Origin: Candidatus Sulfomarinibacter sp.
Lineage (GTDB): Bacteria; Acidobacteriota; Thermoanaerobaculia; Thermoanaerobaculales; Sulfomarinibacteraceae
DNA length: 64,000 bases
Assembly (NCBI GenBank): GCA_041560205.1
Contig: JBFFBV010000002.1
Coordinates: 22,278-86,277 of the forward strand
Reading direction: 5' to 3'
Both the position numbers and the translations under genes were made by a program. Below the pieces are notes generated by a model. The model ran no database searches and was not told the DNA's origin. It saw only the letters and a list, made by a program, of their open reading frames with translations. Shown in pieces: positions 29,509-39,333 of this stretch; position 1 is the first letter of the stretch; each line of letters opens with the position of its first letter.

Positions 29509-30861
29509 ATGACGGACGCCGACCCCAAGGGATCGCTTTTCACAGATCAGGCATTCGACGGCCTCGACCTCCCTGAGCCGATTCGTCGAGCCATCGACGA
29601 TCTCGGCTTCACGCGTCTGACCCAGGTCCAGGCCGAAGTGCTCCCGATCTCGCTCGCCGGCCGTGACGTCGTTGCGCAGGCGCAGACCGGCTCGGGGAAG
29701 ACCGCGGCGTACCTCTTGACGGTTTTCTCCCACCTTCTGAGGGTCCCCCGGAAATCGCCACCGGACACACCACGAGCGTTGATCGTCGCTCCGACGCGCG
29801 AGCTGGCGGTACAGATATCGAGCGACGCGGAAGACCTCGGCCATCACGCGGGCATCCGGACGCATGTGGTCTTCGGCGGGCTGGATTACCGCAAGCAGCG
29901 TGAGATCCTGGAGCGGGGGACGGATCTCCTGATCGGTACGCCAGGACGTCTCATCGACTATCACAAAAAGGGCTCCTATTCGCTGCGCCAGACCGAAATG
30001 GCCGTCATCGACGAGTGTGACCGCCTCTTCGACATGGGCTTCGCCGACGACCTGCGGTGGCTTCTCCGGCGCATGCCGAGACCGACCGAGAGACAGTCGA
30101 TGATGTTCACGGCCACCCTTTCGCAAAGGGTCATGACCCTCGGATGGCGCCAGATGAACGACCCGGTCGAAGTGATCGTCAGTGCCGAGAGTCTGACCCC
30201 CGACTCCATCCATCAGGTGCTGTATCACGTCGCCACCCGCGAGAAGCTGTCGCTTCTTCTCGGTCTGCTCGAACGCGAGGGCAGCTCGCGAACGATGATC
30301 TTCGTCAACACCAGGTTTCGAGCGCAGCGGTTGGTGGACGACCTGCGGCGCCACGGGTACTCGGCCCGTGGTCTGACGGGCAATGTCGTGCAGACCAAGA
30401 GACTGCGTGTCCTCGACGAGTTCCGAGACGGCAAGCTTCCGATCCTGGTCGCCACCGACGTCGCCAGCCGAGGCCTCCACATTGAAGGTGTCAGCCACGT
30501 CGTCAACTACGACCTCCCCCAGGACCCCGAGGACTACGTTCACCGCATCGGCCGCACCGCCCGCGTCGGCGCCGAGGGCAAAGCCCTCACCCTCGCCTGC
30601 GAGGACTACGTCTACTCTCTCGATGCCATCCAGCGCTACGTCGGATACGAGCTCCCGACGGAGTTCGCGGACGACGGGCTCTATTCGGAGATTCGGCCAC
30701 GGGACCCGCGGCCTCGGAGGACAGATTCCCGGCGGGGTCGGCCGCCCCACGCACGACAGGACCGTGACGGGCAGCCCAAACCCAAAAAGCGGCGCCGCCG
30801 CCGACGCCCGAAACGCAAGCCATCCGGAGGCGGGGAGGGCGAGAGCAGCTCGAGCAACTAG
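29509..30861 (+). CDS. DEAD-box RNA helicase (RhlB-like; DECD variant)
   Basis: Q motif, AQTGSGKT, PTRELA, TPGRL, DECD, TAT, DVASRGLH and YVHRIGRTAR; basic C-terminal tail. Confidence 0.93.
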   Translation: MTDADPKGSLFTDQAFDGLDLPEPIRRAIDDLGFTRLTQVQAEVLPISLAGRDVVAQAQTGSGKTAAYLLTVFSHLLRVPRKSPPDTPRALIVAPTRELAVQISSDAEDLGHHAGIRTHVVFGGLDYRKQREILERGTDLLIGTPGRLIDYHKKGSYSLRQTEMAVIDECDRLFDMGFADDLRWLLRRMPRPTERQSMMFTATLSQRVMTLGWRQMNDPVEVIVSAESLTPDSIHQVLYHVATREKLSLLLGLLEREGSSRTMIFVNTRFRAQRLVDDLRRHGYSARGLTGNVVQTKRLRVLDEFRDGKLPILVATDVASRGLHIEGVSHVVNYDLPQDPEDYVHRIGRTARVGAEGKALTLACEDYVYSLDAIQRYVGYELPTEFADDGLYSEIRPRDPRPRRTDSRRGRPPHARQDRDGQPKPKKRRRRRRPKRKPSGGGEGESSSSN

Positions 30862-30872
30862 CTGACGGTCAC

Positions 30873-30950
30873 CAGCTGCCAGCTCTCAGCTCCCCCACTC
30901 CCCAAAGGACGTTGTGATGGCCGATGGCTGAAGGCCGCTGGCCCACAGCT
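30873..30950. repeat. 7-mer tandem-repeat palindrome (CAGCTNT / GCTGANG), family E
   Basis: cagctgc-cagctct-cagct ... tgatggc-cgatggc-tgaaggc-cgctggc, between convergent genes. Confidence 0.6.
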
Positions 30951-30958
30951 TCACTCCC

Positions 30959-32011
30959 TCAATCTTTCCCCAAATTGAGCGTCGGCTCATCGTCGTCCGA
31001 CCAATCGGGGAGCAGCGGACCCTCGAGCGAAGGATCACACCAGACGACATCGCGGGGTGCCTCGGGCAGGGCGGCGGTGGCCACCGGGAGCTGCTTGATG
31101 ACCTCGAAGATCGTCAGCTTGCCGCTCTGAAGTCCGACCGCGACGTGACGACGGTCAGGCGAGGCCACCAGGCGGACGGGCGCGGCCTCGAGCGGCACTC
31201 TCCACTCCTTCTTGATCTGCAGCCCCGTTTTCTTCTCTTCTTTGAGCTTCCAGAACAGGAGCTCGCCTCCTCCGTCGGCTCGCTCGACCGCCGTCACCAG
31301 GGTCGACCCGTCGACCGCGAAGACGATATCGGTCGGTTTGCCATCGACTGGAAACACCGCCACCGGCGTCAGCGTCGCCGGGTCCACGACCACGACCTGC
31401 TGGGACGCGGCATTGGCGAGGGCCATCACCCCGAGCGGCATCGACAGCGTGAAATGTCGGACATCACCGCTCAGCGGACGCCGGTAGACCACCCTGCCTT
31501 CGCCCAGCTCCACTGCAGTCAGCTTCGCTCCATCACCACTGTCCGGCAGGCGCTCGAGCACGAGCAGCACGGTGTTGTCCGCAGCGACCTCCACCTGCCA
31601 AGGATGCTCGAACGGTATTTCGAAGCTGTTCATCAGGGCGCGGTCGGGGTAGCTCAGCACCAGCAGCTGCTTTGACAAGACCAGGTACCTGTCGGAAAGC
31701 GTCCCGAAGTGAGGCATGGTCACGCCTGGGATAGGCTCTCTCACTGTCAGGTTCCTGAGATCGATGACGGTTGTCCTCCCGTGGACCAGATCGGGAGCGA
31801 AGAGGATGCCGCCAGGGGCCGGAAAGAGCCACGCCACCGGACCCGAAGGGACGAATCGCGACCCTCCGGTCTTGGGATCGACGACGACGACCTCCTCGCC
31901 GGCAGACGCCGCCAGCAAGCCCATCGGAGGCTTGTCCTTGGCCGATGCCGACGGCAGAAAAACCACGAGAGCAAACGCAACTGCAGACAGTCTCGATAAT
32001 CTCATCGCCAT
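30959..32011 (-). CDS. Exported beta-propeller-like protein
   Basis: Signal peptide ending ASA, then repeated VVVVDP / P..I.F..DG / P..L..SPD blades. Confidence 0.7.
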   Translation of the reverse strand: MAMRLSRLSAVAFALVVFLPSASAKDKPPMGLLAASAGEEVVVVDPKTGGSRFVPSGPVAWLFPAPGGILFAPDLVHGRTTVIDLRNLTVREPIPGVTMPHFGTLSDRYLVLSKQLLVLSYPDRALMNSFEIPFEHPWQVEVAADNTVLLVLERLPDSGDGAKLTAVELGEGRVVYRRPLSGDVRHFTLSMPLGVMALANAASQQVVVVDPATLTPVAVFPVDGKPTDIVFAVDGSTLVTAVERADGGGELLFWKLKEEKKTGLQIKKEWRVPLEAAPVRLVASPDRRHVAVGLQSGKLTIFEVIKQLPVATAALPEAPRDVVWCDPSLEGPLLPDWSDDDEPTLNLGKD

Positions 32012-32095
32012 GCTTCCACTCTAACCACTGCCGGCTCTCCAATCATGATTGGGTACGGGATCGTTGGATACACGAGTACGCAGCAATTCGCGGCC

Positions 32096-34228
32096 CTACT
32101 CCACCTCGAAGGGGCGCCCACGCGCCATCCAGCTCAGCACACCGCCTTTGAGGTTGAAAACTTCTTCGAAGCCGCTCTCGACCATCAGGCGCATGGCGCG
32201 GGTCGAGCGGCGCCCGGATCGACTCACGAGGAAGACGGGCCTGTCCTTCGGCAGAGTCTCGAGTGCGCCAACCAGGTCTTTCAACGGCAGCAGCTGCGAG
32301 TTCGGCAGGTGGCCGCGCTCGTACTCCTCCGGCTCCCGCACGTCGATCAGGAGCGCACGCTCACCGGCCTCCGCGACCGCATCCTCGAAGTCCACGACCT
32401 TGAGGTGCTTGAGCGGAAACCGCAGTCGTCCGGTGGACGTAGGCAGCCGCAGGTCGTAGCTGTACTTGGGCAACGGCTGGCACTCCGCAAAGACCTTGTA
32501 CTCGCACTCGTAACAGCAGACGGCGGAGTCGATGATCTCGTTGAACAGATAATGAATGGCGTCATCGGCTTCGAGGAATCGATCACTCCCCAAGATGTGC
32601 TCGAAACCCGTGAGGCGCATGAAATCACGGATATGTGGCCGGACGTGCGTCAGATAGAGATCTCCGCCGGCTCCACGGTAAAGGCGAAGCAGACCCTCCA
32701 GAATATCGATACCCGAGAGGTCGCACCGGTCGACGCCGTGCATGTTCAAGAGCAGCACGTTTTGCCCGGGGTTGGCTTCAAAGTTCTCCAGCAACCCGTC
32801 CTCGACATGGCTCGCCGCACCGAAGAACAACGAGCCGTCGATCCTGACGACCCCGAGCTGCGGACAGACGGGAGCTCCAGGATTGACGACAAACTGGGTG
32901 AAGCTCTCATCGGGGACCACGGGCTCGACCGTCGGCATGCTCGACTGGTAGATGTAGATTGCCAGCGAAAGGATGATCCCCGCCAACACCGCAAACTCGA
33001 GCGGGACGATCAAGGTCGCAACGAAGGTCGAAACCATGATCCAGGTTTCCGAGCGTGAACCGCGCATCACCCGACGGATCCCACGCCAGTCGACCATTCG
33101 ATAGGCGATGAGCATGATCAGCCCAGCGAGGCTGGCGCGCGGGAGGTAGGCCGCCAGGGGCCCGAAGGCGAGCAGGCCCCCGAGAATGAAGAGGCCGCAA
33201 AAGACGCTCGACATCTGACTGCGCGCCCCGGACTGGAAGTTGACGGCGGAGCGCGTGAAGGAGCCGGACGAGGCGTAGCCACTGAAGAGACCGGCGGCGA
33301 TGTTCGCCATTCCCTGACCGATCAACTCCTGGTCGACATCGAGGTGCTCTCCGCTCTGGCGAGAGATCTCGCGGGCGATCGAGATCGCCTCGACGAGGCC
33401 GAGCGCAGCGACTGCGAGCGCTCCCATCAGCAACGCGCCAAAGACATCGCGCTCGAACATCCACCCGATCTCAAACTCCGTCGCTCGAGGCATCGCGCGC
33501 GGCACCTCGCCGACTACCGCGATTCCCAGCCGTTCCACCCCGAGAGCGGCCACGGCGGCACCCATAGCAACGAGGGCCAACAGGGCGCCTGGCAAGCGTC
33601 GCGTAAAGCCGTCGATCACGAGGATCAGCAACACCGTCACCGCACCCAGAACGAGGCTGATGACGTGGATCTCGTCGATGTTCCTCGCCAGATTGAGCAC
33701 CGTGGTCAACAGGTGGGTGCTGCGCGGGATGTCGATATTGGATAGGTTGCGCAGCTGTCCAAACGCGATCAAGACTCCCGCGCCGGCCGTGAAACCGAGG
33801 AGCACCGAACGCGAGGCGAAGTTGACCAGCATGCCGAGGCCGGCGAAACCGAAGACGATGCACAGGGCGCCGACCATCACCGCCATGGCACTCGCCGCCA
33901 CCAAGTACTCCGGCGCTCCAATCGCGGCGAGAGGTGTCAGGATGGAGAGGACCAGAATCGATATCGCGTTGGTCGGGCCGGTCGACAGATGGCGCGACGA
34001 GCCCCAGATGGCGCCGGCAATCGTCGCCACCACCGCCGAGTAGAGCCCGTAGGTCGGGGGCAGACCCGCGATCGAGGCGTAGGCGATGCACTGCGGAATC
34101 GCGAGCACGGCGACCGTGGCGCCCGCCACCAGATCGGGACGGAGATAGCGTCGGCGGTAGCCGCGCACGATTTCCAGCGGCCGTGCAAACGACCTCGCGT
34201 ACCTGCGCAGCGATTCCGCTGGACTCAT
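32096..34228 (-). CDS. SulP/SLC26 anion transporter with STAS and C-terminal rhodanese-like domain
   Basis: DLVAG.TVA...IPQ.IAYA.IAGLPP.YGLY, QELIGQG.AN, SGSFTRS, STAS (DGSLFFGAA) and rhodanese (LIDVREPEEY..GHLP...LKGG). Confidence 0.93.
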   Translation of the reverse strand: MSPAESLRRYARSFARPLEIVRGYRRRYLRPDLVAGATVAVLAIPQCIAYASIAGLPPTYGLYSAVVATIAGAIWGSSRHLSTGPTNAISILVLSILTPLAAIGAPEYLVAASAMAVMVGALCIVFGFAGLGMLVNFASRSVLLGFTAGAGVLIAFGQLRNLSNIDIPRSTHLLTTVLNLARNIDEIHVISLVLGAVTVLLILVIDGFTRRLPGALLALVAMGAAVAALGVERLGIAVVGEVPRAMPRATEFEIGWMFERDVFGALLMGALAVAALGLVEAISIAREISRQSGEHLDVDQELIGQGMANIAAGLFSGYASSGSFTRSAVNFQSGARSQMSSVFCGLFILGGLLAFGPLAAYLPRASLAGLIMLIAYRMVDWRGIRRVMRGSRSETWIMVSTFVATLIVPLEFAVLAGIILSLAIYIYQSSMPTVEPVVPDESFTQFVVNPGAPVCPQLGVVRIDGSLFFGAASHVEDGLLENFEANPGQNVLLLNMHGVDRCDLSGIDILEGLLRLYRGAGGDLYLTHVRPHIRDFMRLTGFEHILGSDRFLEADDAIHYLFNEIIDSAVCCYECEYKVFAECQPLPKYSYDLRLPTSTGRLRFPLKHLKVVDFEDAVAEAGERALLIDVREPEEYERGHLPNSQLLPLKDLVGALETLPKDRPVFLVSRSGRRSTRAMRLMVESGFEEVFNLKGGVLSWMARGRPFEVE

Positions 34229-34281
34229 TCCTGCCCTTCCGACCCCAAGCATAGCCCACGACGGTGGGTTACCCTCTGAGG

Positions 34282-35229
34282 GTGATGACACTGACCGCCA
34301 AGCTCAAGCAGCGGGCCCTTCACGAGGGTTTCGACCTCGTGGGGGTCGCAGCAGCCGCTTCGGCGAGTACGGCGGTTCATCTCGAGCGTTGGCTGAACGC
34401 GGGCATGCACGGCGAGATGGCATACATGAAGCGCACCCGCCATGTCCGCTCGGACCCCCGGCACCTGCTGCCGGGGTGCAGGTCGGTTGTGGCAGTGGCG
34501 ATGAGCTATCACACCGACCCTCCCGATTCCACGTCCTTCTCGTCGGACGACGGTCGTGTGTGGGTCTCCCGCTACGCCTGGGGTCGCGACTACCACCGCC
34601 TGATCAAGAAGAGGCTGGTACGTTTGGGACGCTGGATGGCGGAGCTCCGACCGGGCACCGCGTGGCGAGCCTGCGTCGACACGGCACCGATCCTCGAGCG
34701 GGAGTGGGCGGCCAGGGCCGGGCTCGGCTGGATCGGCAAGAACACGCTCCTCCTCAACCGCGAGCTCGGATCGGAGCTCTTCCTCGGCGTCCTCTTGACC
34801 GATCAGGAATTGAAGCCCGACAACCCGGTTTCCGAACACTGCGGAACCTGCACCGCGTGCCTCGACGCGTGTCCCACCAGCGCATTCCCCGAAGCAAAGG
34901 TCCTCGACGCCCGGCGCTGCGTCGGCTATCTGACCGTTGAACACCGGTCTTCGGTCCCTCCAGAGCTGCGGCCGGGCGTCGGGAATATGATCGCCGGCTG
35001 CGACGTCTGCCAGGAGGTCTGCCCATGGACGCGACGGGCTCCCACAAACCTCCACCCGGAATTCGCCCCCGACGCGACAAGGTTTCGACCGCTTCTCGAC
35101 CATCTCGAGCGCGTCGACCCGGAGGCTTATCGAGAGTGGAGACGCGGGAGCGCCCTCAATCGCATCAGCTTTGAGCAGTTCCAACGGAATCTGGAAATCG
35201 TGCGTGGGAACCTCAATCGCAAGGGATAG
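34282..35229 (+). CDS. queG: Epoxyqueuosine reductase
   Basis: SRYAWGRDYH, VDTAPILER, AGLGWIGKN, CGTCTACLDACPT and GCDVCQEVCPW motifs. Confidence 0.95.
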   Translation: MMTLTAKLKQRALHEGFDLVGVAAAASASTAVHLERWLNAGMHGEMAYMKRTRHVRSDPRHLLPGCRSVVAVAMSYHTDPPDSTSFSSDDGRVWVSRYAWGRDYHRLIKKRLVRLGRWMAELRPGTAWRACVDTAPILEREWAARAGLGWIGKNTLLLNRELGSELFLGVLLTDQELKPDNPVSEHCGTCTACLDACPTSAFPEAKVLDARRCVGYLTVEHRSSVPPELRPGVGNMIAGCDVCQEVCPWTRRAPTNLHPEFAPDATRFRPLLDHLERVDPEAYREWRRGSALNRISFEQFQRNLEIVRGNLNRKG

Positions 35230-35232
35230 GGG

Positions 35233-35328
35233 GCTCTCAGCTGTCAGCATTCAGCCATCAGCTCCACCGCATTTCACCGCACCGGTCGGCGCCGCAATCG
35301 GTTGGCTGCAAGCTGATTGCTGACAGCT
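35233..35328. repeat. 7-mer tandem-repeat palindrome, family E
   Basis: gctctca-gctgtca-gcattca-gccatca-gct ... gctgcaa-gctgatt-gctgaca-gct. Confidence 0.7.
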
Positions 35329-35350
35329 CAAGGTGCGCGGCAAAGCTGGA

Positions 35351-35899
35351 CTAGCTCTTCTTGAGCGGTCGCAGGACCATCGTCAGGTCCCGACCTTCGA
35401 GCCGTGTCGGCATCCGGTCGACATGAGCCACGTCTTCGAGATCTGCGGCCACCCTCTTGAGCAGCTCGAAACCGTTTTCCGGACGACGCATCTCCCGCAT
35501 CCGGAACATGATCGTCACCTTGACGTGCTTGCCCTGCTTGAGGAACTTGCGCGCGCGTCGCGTCTTGGTGTCGAAATCGTGGATATTGATGTTGGGTCGG
35601 TACTTGACCTCTTTGACGTCGACCTGGTGTTGCTGCTTCCTGGCTTCTCGGGCCTTTTTCTCCTGCTCGTAGCGGAAACGCCCGTAGTCCATGATCTTGC
35701 ACACGATCGGCCGCGAATTGGCTGCGACCTCGACGAGATCGAGGCCCTTTTCGCGCGCCATCGCGAGGGCCTCTTCAACCGGCAACACTCCGACCTGGTT
35801 TCCTTCGTCATCGACGAGACGCACCGGAGAGAGCCTGATTCGTTCGTTGATCCGCACCTGAGGTGCTTCGGGGTCCTCACGAAACGCGAATTTTCTGAT
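35351..35899 (-). CDS. infC: Translation initiation factor IF-3 (non-canonical ATC start)
   Basis: INERIR...GLDLVEVA...CKIMDYG and KEVKYRP.I..HD motifs; GGAGG lies 6 nt before the in-frame ATC at 35899. Confidence 0.95.
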   Translation of the reverse strand: MRKFAFREDPEAPQVRINERIRLSPVRLVDDEGNQVGVLPVEEALAMAREKGLDLVEVAANSRPIVCKIMDYGRFRYEQEKKAREARKQQHQVDVKEVKYRPNINIHDFDTKTRRARKFLKQGKHVKVTIMFRMREMRRPENGFELLKRVAADLEDVAHVDRMPTRLEGRDLTMVLRPLKKS

Positions 35900-36028
35900 G
35901 GTCGTCCTCCCTTGGTCAAGTTTTTCGATCAGACACCTTCGACCGTCCGCGACGGCCGACAACACAAAGCGGAGTATACCACCCGAGATACGAAAAACAG
36001 CGCCATGTCAACGATTTTCGAGTGGCTT

Positions 36029-37669
36029 TCATTCTTGGTCCACCGGCCGGCCGACAATCCGCACCCAGGCCGCGATCGCGAAAATGCCGAACACCAGCAA
36101 CATCCACGGCGGCACCCCGGCAACGGCGTACGGGACGTAACCGACAGTCACGGCGACAACCGCCGCGATGAGGGCATACGGAAGCTGTGTCCGCACGTGA
36201 TCGACGTGATCGCAGCCCGACGCCATCGACGACAGGATCGTCGTGTCGGAGATCGGAGAACAGTGGTCGCCAAATACCGAGCCACCGAGAATCGCTGCTA
36301 CCGATGCGGCGAGGACGCCGGGGTCGCCGGCCGAGGTGGCAAGGGCCAGAGGCACCGCGAGTGGGGTGAGAATGGCCATCGTGCCCCACGAGGTCCCGGT
36401 CGCGAAGGACACCGCCGCCGCAACCAGAAAGACCGCCGTCGGCAGCAACGCCGCCGGCATGTTCGGTCCGACTGCCGACTTGAGGAAGAGCGCCGTTTCG
36501 AGATCCGTACAGACCTGACCGAGTGACCAGGCGAGGGTCAGCACGACAAAGGCCATGAACATGCTCTTGAAGCCGGTGACGGTTGCCTCGAGCGACTTCC
36601 GGACGGTCAGAAGGCCCTGGCCGACAGCGAGAACGACAGCCGCAGTGAGCCCGATGAAGCTCGCCCACAGGAGCACGGTGAAGGGGTCCGACGCACCGAT
36701 GATCCGGCTGAGCGAGATCGTCGTCTCCCCGGCCTCGAGGAGACCCTCGCGGCCGGTGTGGAGGAGCCCGGCCAGCGTCGCACCGATAACCAAGGAGATC
36801 GGCACGACGGCGTTCCACCAGCGACACGGAATACCCTCCTCCGGCGAAAGGTCGCTGCCGTCGAAATCGGCGAGAGGCTGTGCGCCGGCCGCAAGGAGTT
36901 CTCCCTCGCGCGCCCGGCGCTCCGCACGCAACATGGGCCCCCAATCACGGCGCGAAATCGCGATCACAAAGGTGGCCGAGAGCGCGAACACCGGGTAGAA
37001 GGAAAAGGGAAGAGAAGCGAGGAAGACGGAGAACGGGTTCAGCTCCGAGCCCGCCTTGATCAACGCGTCGCCGACCAGCGAGACCTCGTATCCGATCCAG
37101 GTCGAGACGAGCGCCACGCAGGCCACCGGCGCGGCCGTGGAATCGACCAAAAAGGCCAGCTTCTCGCGGCTGACACGGTGCCGATCGGTCACAGGGCGCA
37201 TGGTGTTGCCGACGATGAGGGTATTCGAGTAGTCGTCGAAGAAGATCAAGACCCCCATCACCCACGTCACCACCTGCGTGCGGCGAGGCGTCGTCGCAAA
37301 AGGTTCGAGGGCCCGTACAACGCCGAGGGTGCCCCCACTCTTGCTGATGACCGCCACCATCCCACCGAGCAGCATCGAGAAGACGATGATGCTCATGTGA
37401 TCCGAATCGATGAGCGCGTCACGCACGTAGGTGTCGATCAAACGCAGAAATCCGGCCAGGGGCTTGCCACCGGCGAGCATCGTTGTTCCCACCCAGACTG
37501 CGACAAGAAGGGCGACCAAGACGTCGTGGAAGGCCAACACCAGTGCGATCGCCACCAGCGGCGGCAGGAGACTCCACCAGGAATTGGTCGCCGACTGCCC
37601 GGCCGGCAACAGCGCGAGTACACCTACGGTTGCGAGGAGAATCAGAGCGGTCTTCAGCCACTGAGGCAC
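36029..37669 (-). CDS. Na+/H+ antiporter NhaC-family (ion transporter superfamily) permease
   Basis: WSLLPPLVAI, IFFDDY.N, SREKLAFLVDSTAAP, SFATGTSWGT and FGDHCSPISDTTILSS motifs. Confidence 0.9.
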   Translation of the reverse strand: MPQWLKTALILLATVGVLALLPAGQSATNSWWSLLPPLVAIALVLAFHDVLVALLVAVWVGTTMLAGGKPLAGFLRLIDTYVRDALIDSDHMSIIVFSMLLGGMVAVISKSGGTLGVVRALEPFATTPRRTQVVTWVMGVLIFFDDYSNTLIVGNTMRPVTDRHRVSREKLAFLVDSTAAPVACVALVSTWIGYEVSLVGDALIKAGSELNPFSVFLASLPFSFYPVFALSATFVIAISRRDWGPMLRAERRAREGELLAAGAQPLADFDGSDLSPEEGIPCRWWNAVVPISLVIGATLAGLLHTGREGLLEAGETTISLSRIIGASDPFTVLLWASFIGLTAAVVLAVGQGLLTVRKSLEATVTGFKSMFMAFVVLTLAWSLGQVCTDLETALFLKSAVGPNMPAALLPTAVFLVAAAVSFATGTSWGTMAILTPLAVPLALATSAGDPGVLAASVAAILGGSVFGDHCSPISDTTILSSMASGCDHVDHVRTQLPYALIAAVVAVTVGYVPYAVAGVPPWMLLVFGIFAIAAWVRIVGRPVDQE

Positions 37670-37703
37670 GGCGGTGAGAGTAGCACGCCCGCCCCCCCAT
37701 CCA

Positions 37704-37855
37704 GATACACGATGCACCCAACCGCCCATTTACCCTGATACACGATACAGGGCCACCCTTCCACCCCCGCGGACTCCACGCCTCGATTTCTCGGGCGGGT
37801 GGGTGGCCTTGCATCGTGCATCTGGGCGGGAGCTGGGGCGGGTGCATCGTGTATC
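37704..37855. repeat. Palindromic element family B, copy 2
   Basis: Perfect terminal inverted repeat GATACACGATGCACCC / GGGTGCATCGTGTATC with inner GGCCACCC/GGGTGGCC; between divergent genes. Confidence 0.9.
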
Positions 37856-37900
37856 CCGTCGTCGCATGTGAGCCCACAGCCGCTGGGATACCATGAGCGC

Positions 37901-38563
37901 GTGCCTGTCATCGAAGATGAAGCCCTCGTACTGGACCACTACCCCTACGGCGATCGACACCTGGTGTTGACCGTGCTCACCCGCCGCTTTGGCGCCCAAC
38001 GAGGAATTCTGCGTCGCGCGCGTGGCGGCAAGGCGCCCGCAGCGGCGGCGGCGCAGATCCTGTCGCACGTCCACGTCGGACTCTTCCAACGCCCTTCGGC
38101 CGAGCTCGCCACCTATCGGCACCTCGACCTCGTCACGAGCTCCTTTCCCCTGACTCGCGAGCTCGGAAGGTCGGCGGCGGCGGCAGTGGTGGCCGAACTC
38201 CTGACCACCTTTTGTCCGCCGGCGGAACCGTCAGAGCGAGCCTTTCGCCTTGGAGTTTCCTGCCTCGAAGCACTCCTGGCCTCAACACCGGCCGAGACGG
38301 TCGTTGCCTACACTCAGTTCTGGGTGTTGGCGCTCGGCGGTGTTCTCCCGTCGGGTTCGGATCTGACAGAACAACTCGGTCCTCGAGACACCGCGTTTCT
38401 CTCCTCTTACCGGCAGCAACGCGTCGACCACGTACCTGAGGTCGTCCCGGCGGGCGTGTCGGCCTGGCTCGACCGCCTGGTTCGCGAGGAAGCGGATCGG
38501 CCGCTCCGCGCACTCGGCTTCTTCCGGCAGCTGGTTGCCGAGCGGGGCAACGATGACTGTTAA
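37901..38563 (+). CDS. recO: DNA repair protein RecO (compact)
   Basis: N-terminal OB fold EALVL...YGDRHLVLTVLTRRFG...ARG, followed by a helical domain (AEL...P.EPSE..F...LALGG.LP). Confidence 0.75.
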   Translation: MPVIEDEALVLDHYPYGDRHLVLTVLTRRFGAQRGILRRARGGKAPAAAAAQILSHVHVGLFQRPSAELATYRHLDLVTSSFPLTRELGRSAAAAVVAELLTTFCPPAEPSERAFRLGVSCLEALLASTPAETVVAYTQFWVLALGGVLPSGSDLTEQLGPRDTAFLSSYRQQRVDHVPEVVPAGVSAWLDRLVREEADRPLRALGFFRQLVAERGNDDC

Positions 38564-39233
38564 GGGCCATCAGATCGAGGTTGCTTCGAGAGACGGTGTC
38601 GCTGTGATCACCTTCACCTCGCCCATCCTCGCGGTGGAGACCCTCGAGGCTCTTGCTTCGGCGATCGAAACACTCGCCTCGGCCGACGAACCCGAGCCCC
38701 TCGTGCTGCACTCCGCAAACCCACGCGTGTTCCTCGCCGGCGCCCACCTCGCCGAGATCGCTCGCCTCGACGCGAGCTCGTGCGCGCCCTACGCCCACCG
38801 CGGTCGCAGGATCATCGCCGAGCTCCAGGGATTTCCGACACCAACAGTGGCGGCCGTCGACGGCATGTGCTCGGGTGGAGGATTCGATATCGCTCTCGCC
38901 TGCGATGTGATGGTCGCAGGCCCCAAGGCCAGATTCGGTCACCCCGGTATCCGCAGGGGACTGATCACCGGGTGGTCGGGAACGACCCGCCTTCCCGCGG
39001 CGCTCGGCAGAGCGGGCGCGAAGGCCGCGGTTCTGGAGACCCGCGAGATCGAAGCCGACTCGCTGGCGAACTGGGGAGGCCTTCGACGGGTCGACGGAGA
39101 CAGGCTCGCCAAAGCCATCGAGGCGGCTCGACAGCTGAGCTCGGTCGATCCCGCGCGATGGCATCTTTGGCGGGTGCTCAGGGCTCCCGGTTTCATTGAC
39201 AGATTTGCCACCTCCGTGGTACATAAGTTATGA
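38553..39233 (+). CDS. Enoyl-CoA hydratase/isomerase (crotonase) family protein
   Basis: VFLAGAHL, PTVAAVDG.CSGGGFDIALACD and ARFGHP motifs. Confidence 0.85.
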   Translation: MTVKGHQIEVASRDGVAVITFTSPILAVETLEALASAIETLASADEPEPLVLHSANPRVFLAGAHLAEIARLDASSCAPYAHRGRRIIAELQGFPTPTVAAVDGMCSGGGFDIALACDVMVAGPKARFGHPGIRRGLITGWSGTTRLPAALGRAGAKAAVLETREIEADSLANWGGLRRVDGDRLAKAIEAARQLSSVDPARWHLWRVLRAPGFIDRFATSVVHKL

Positions 39234-39333
39234 CAGTGGAGGACTTGCCACAAATCAGCGCGGACAATCAAAGGACTATTGACGGTCGCTCCGCGCGACC
39301 GGCGGGCGGCCGCGAGAGGGAGCTGGGAGTGCC

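Noticed and set aside
30010-30021. DECD instead of DEAD in the RNA helicase
   Set aside because: This is a known tolerated DExD variant, and the other helicase motifs are recognisable.
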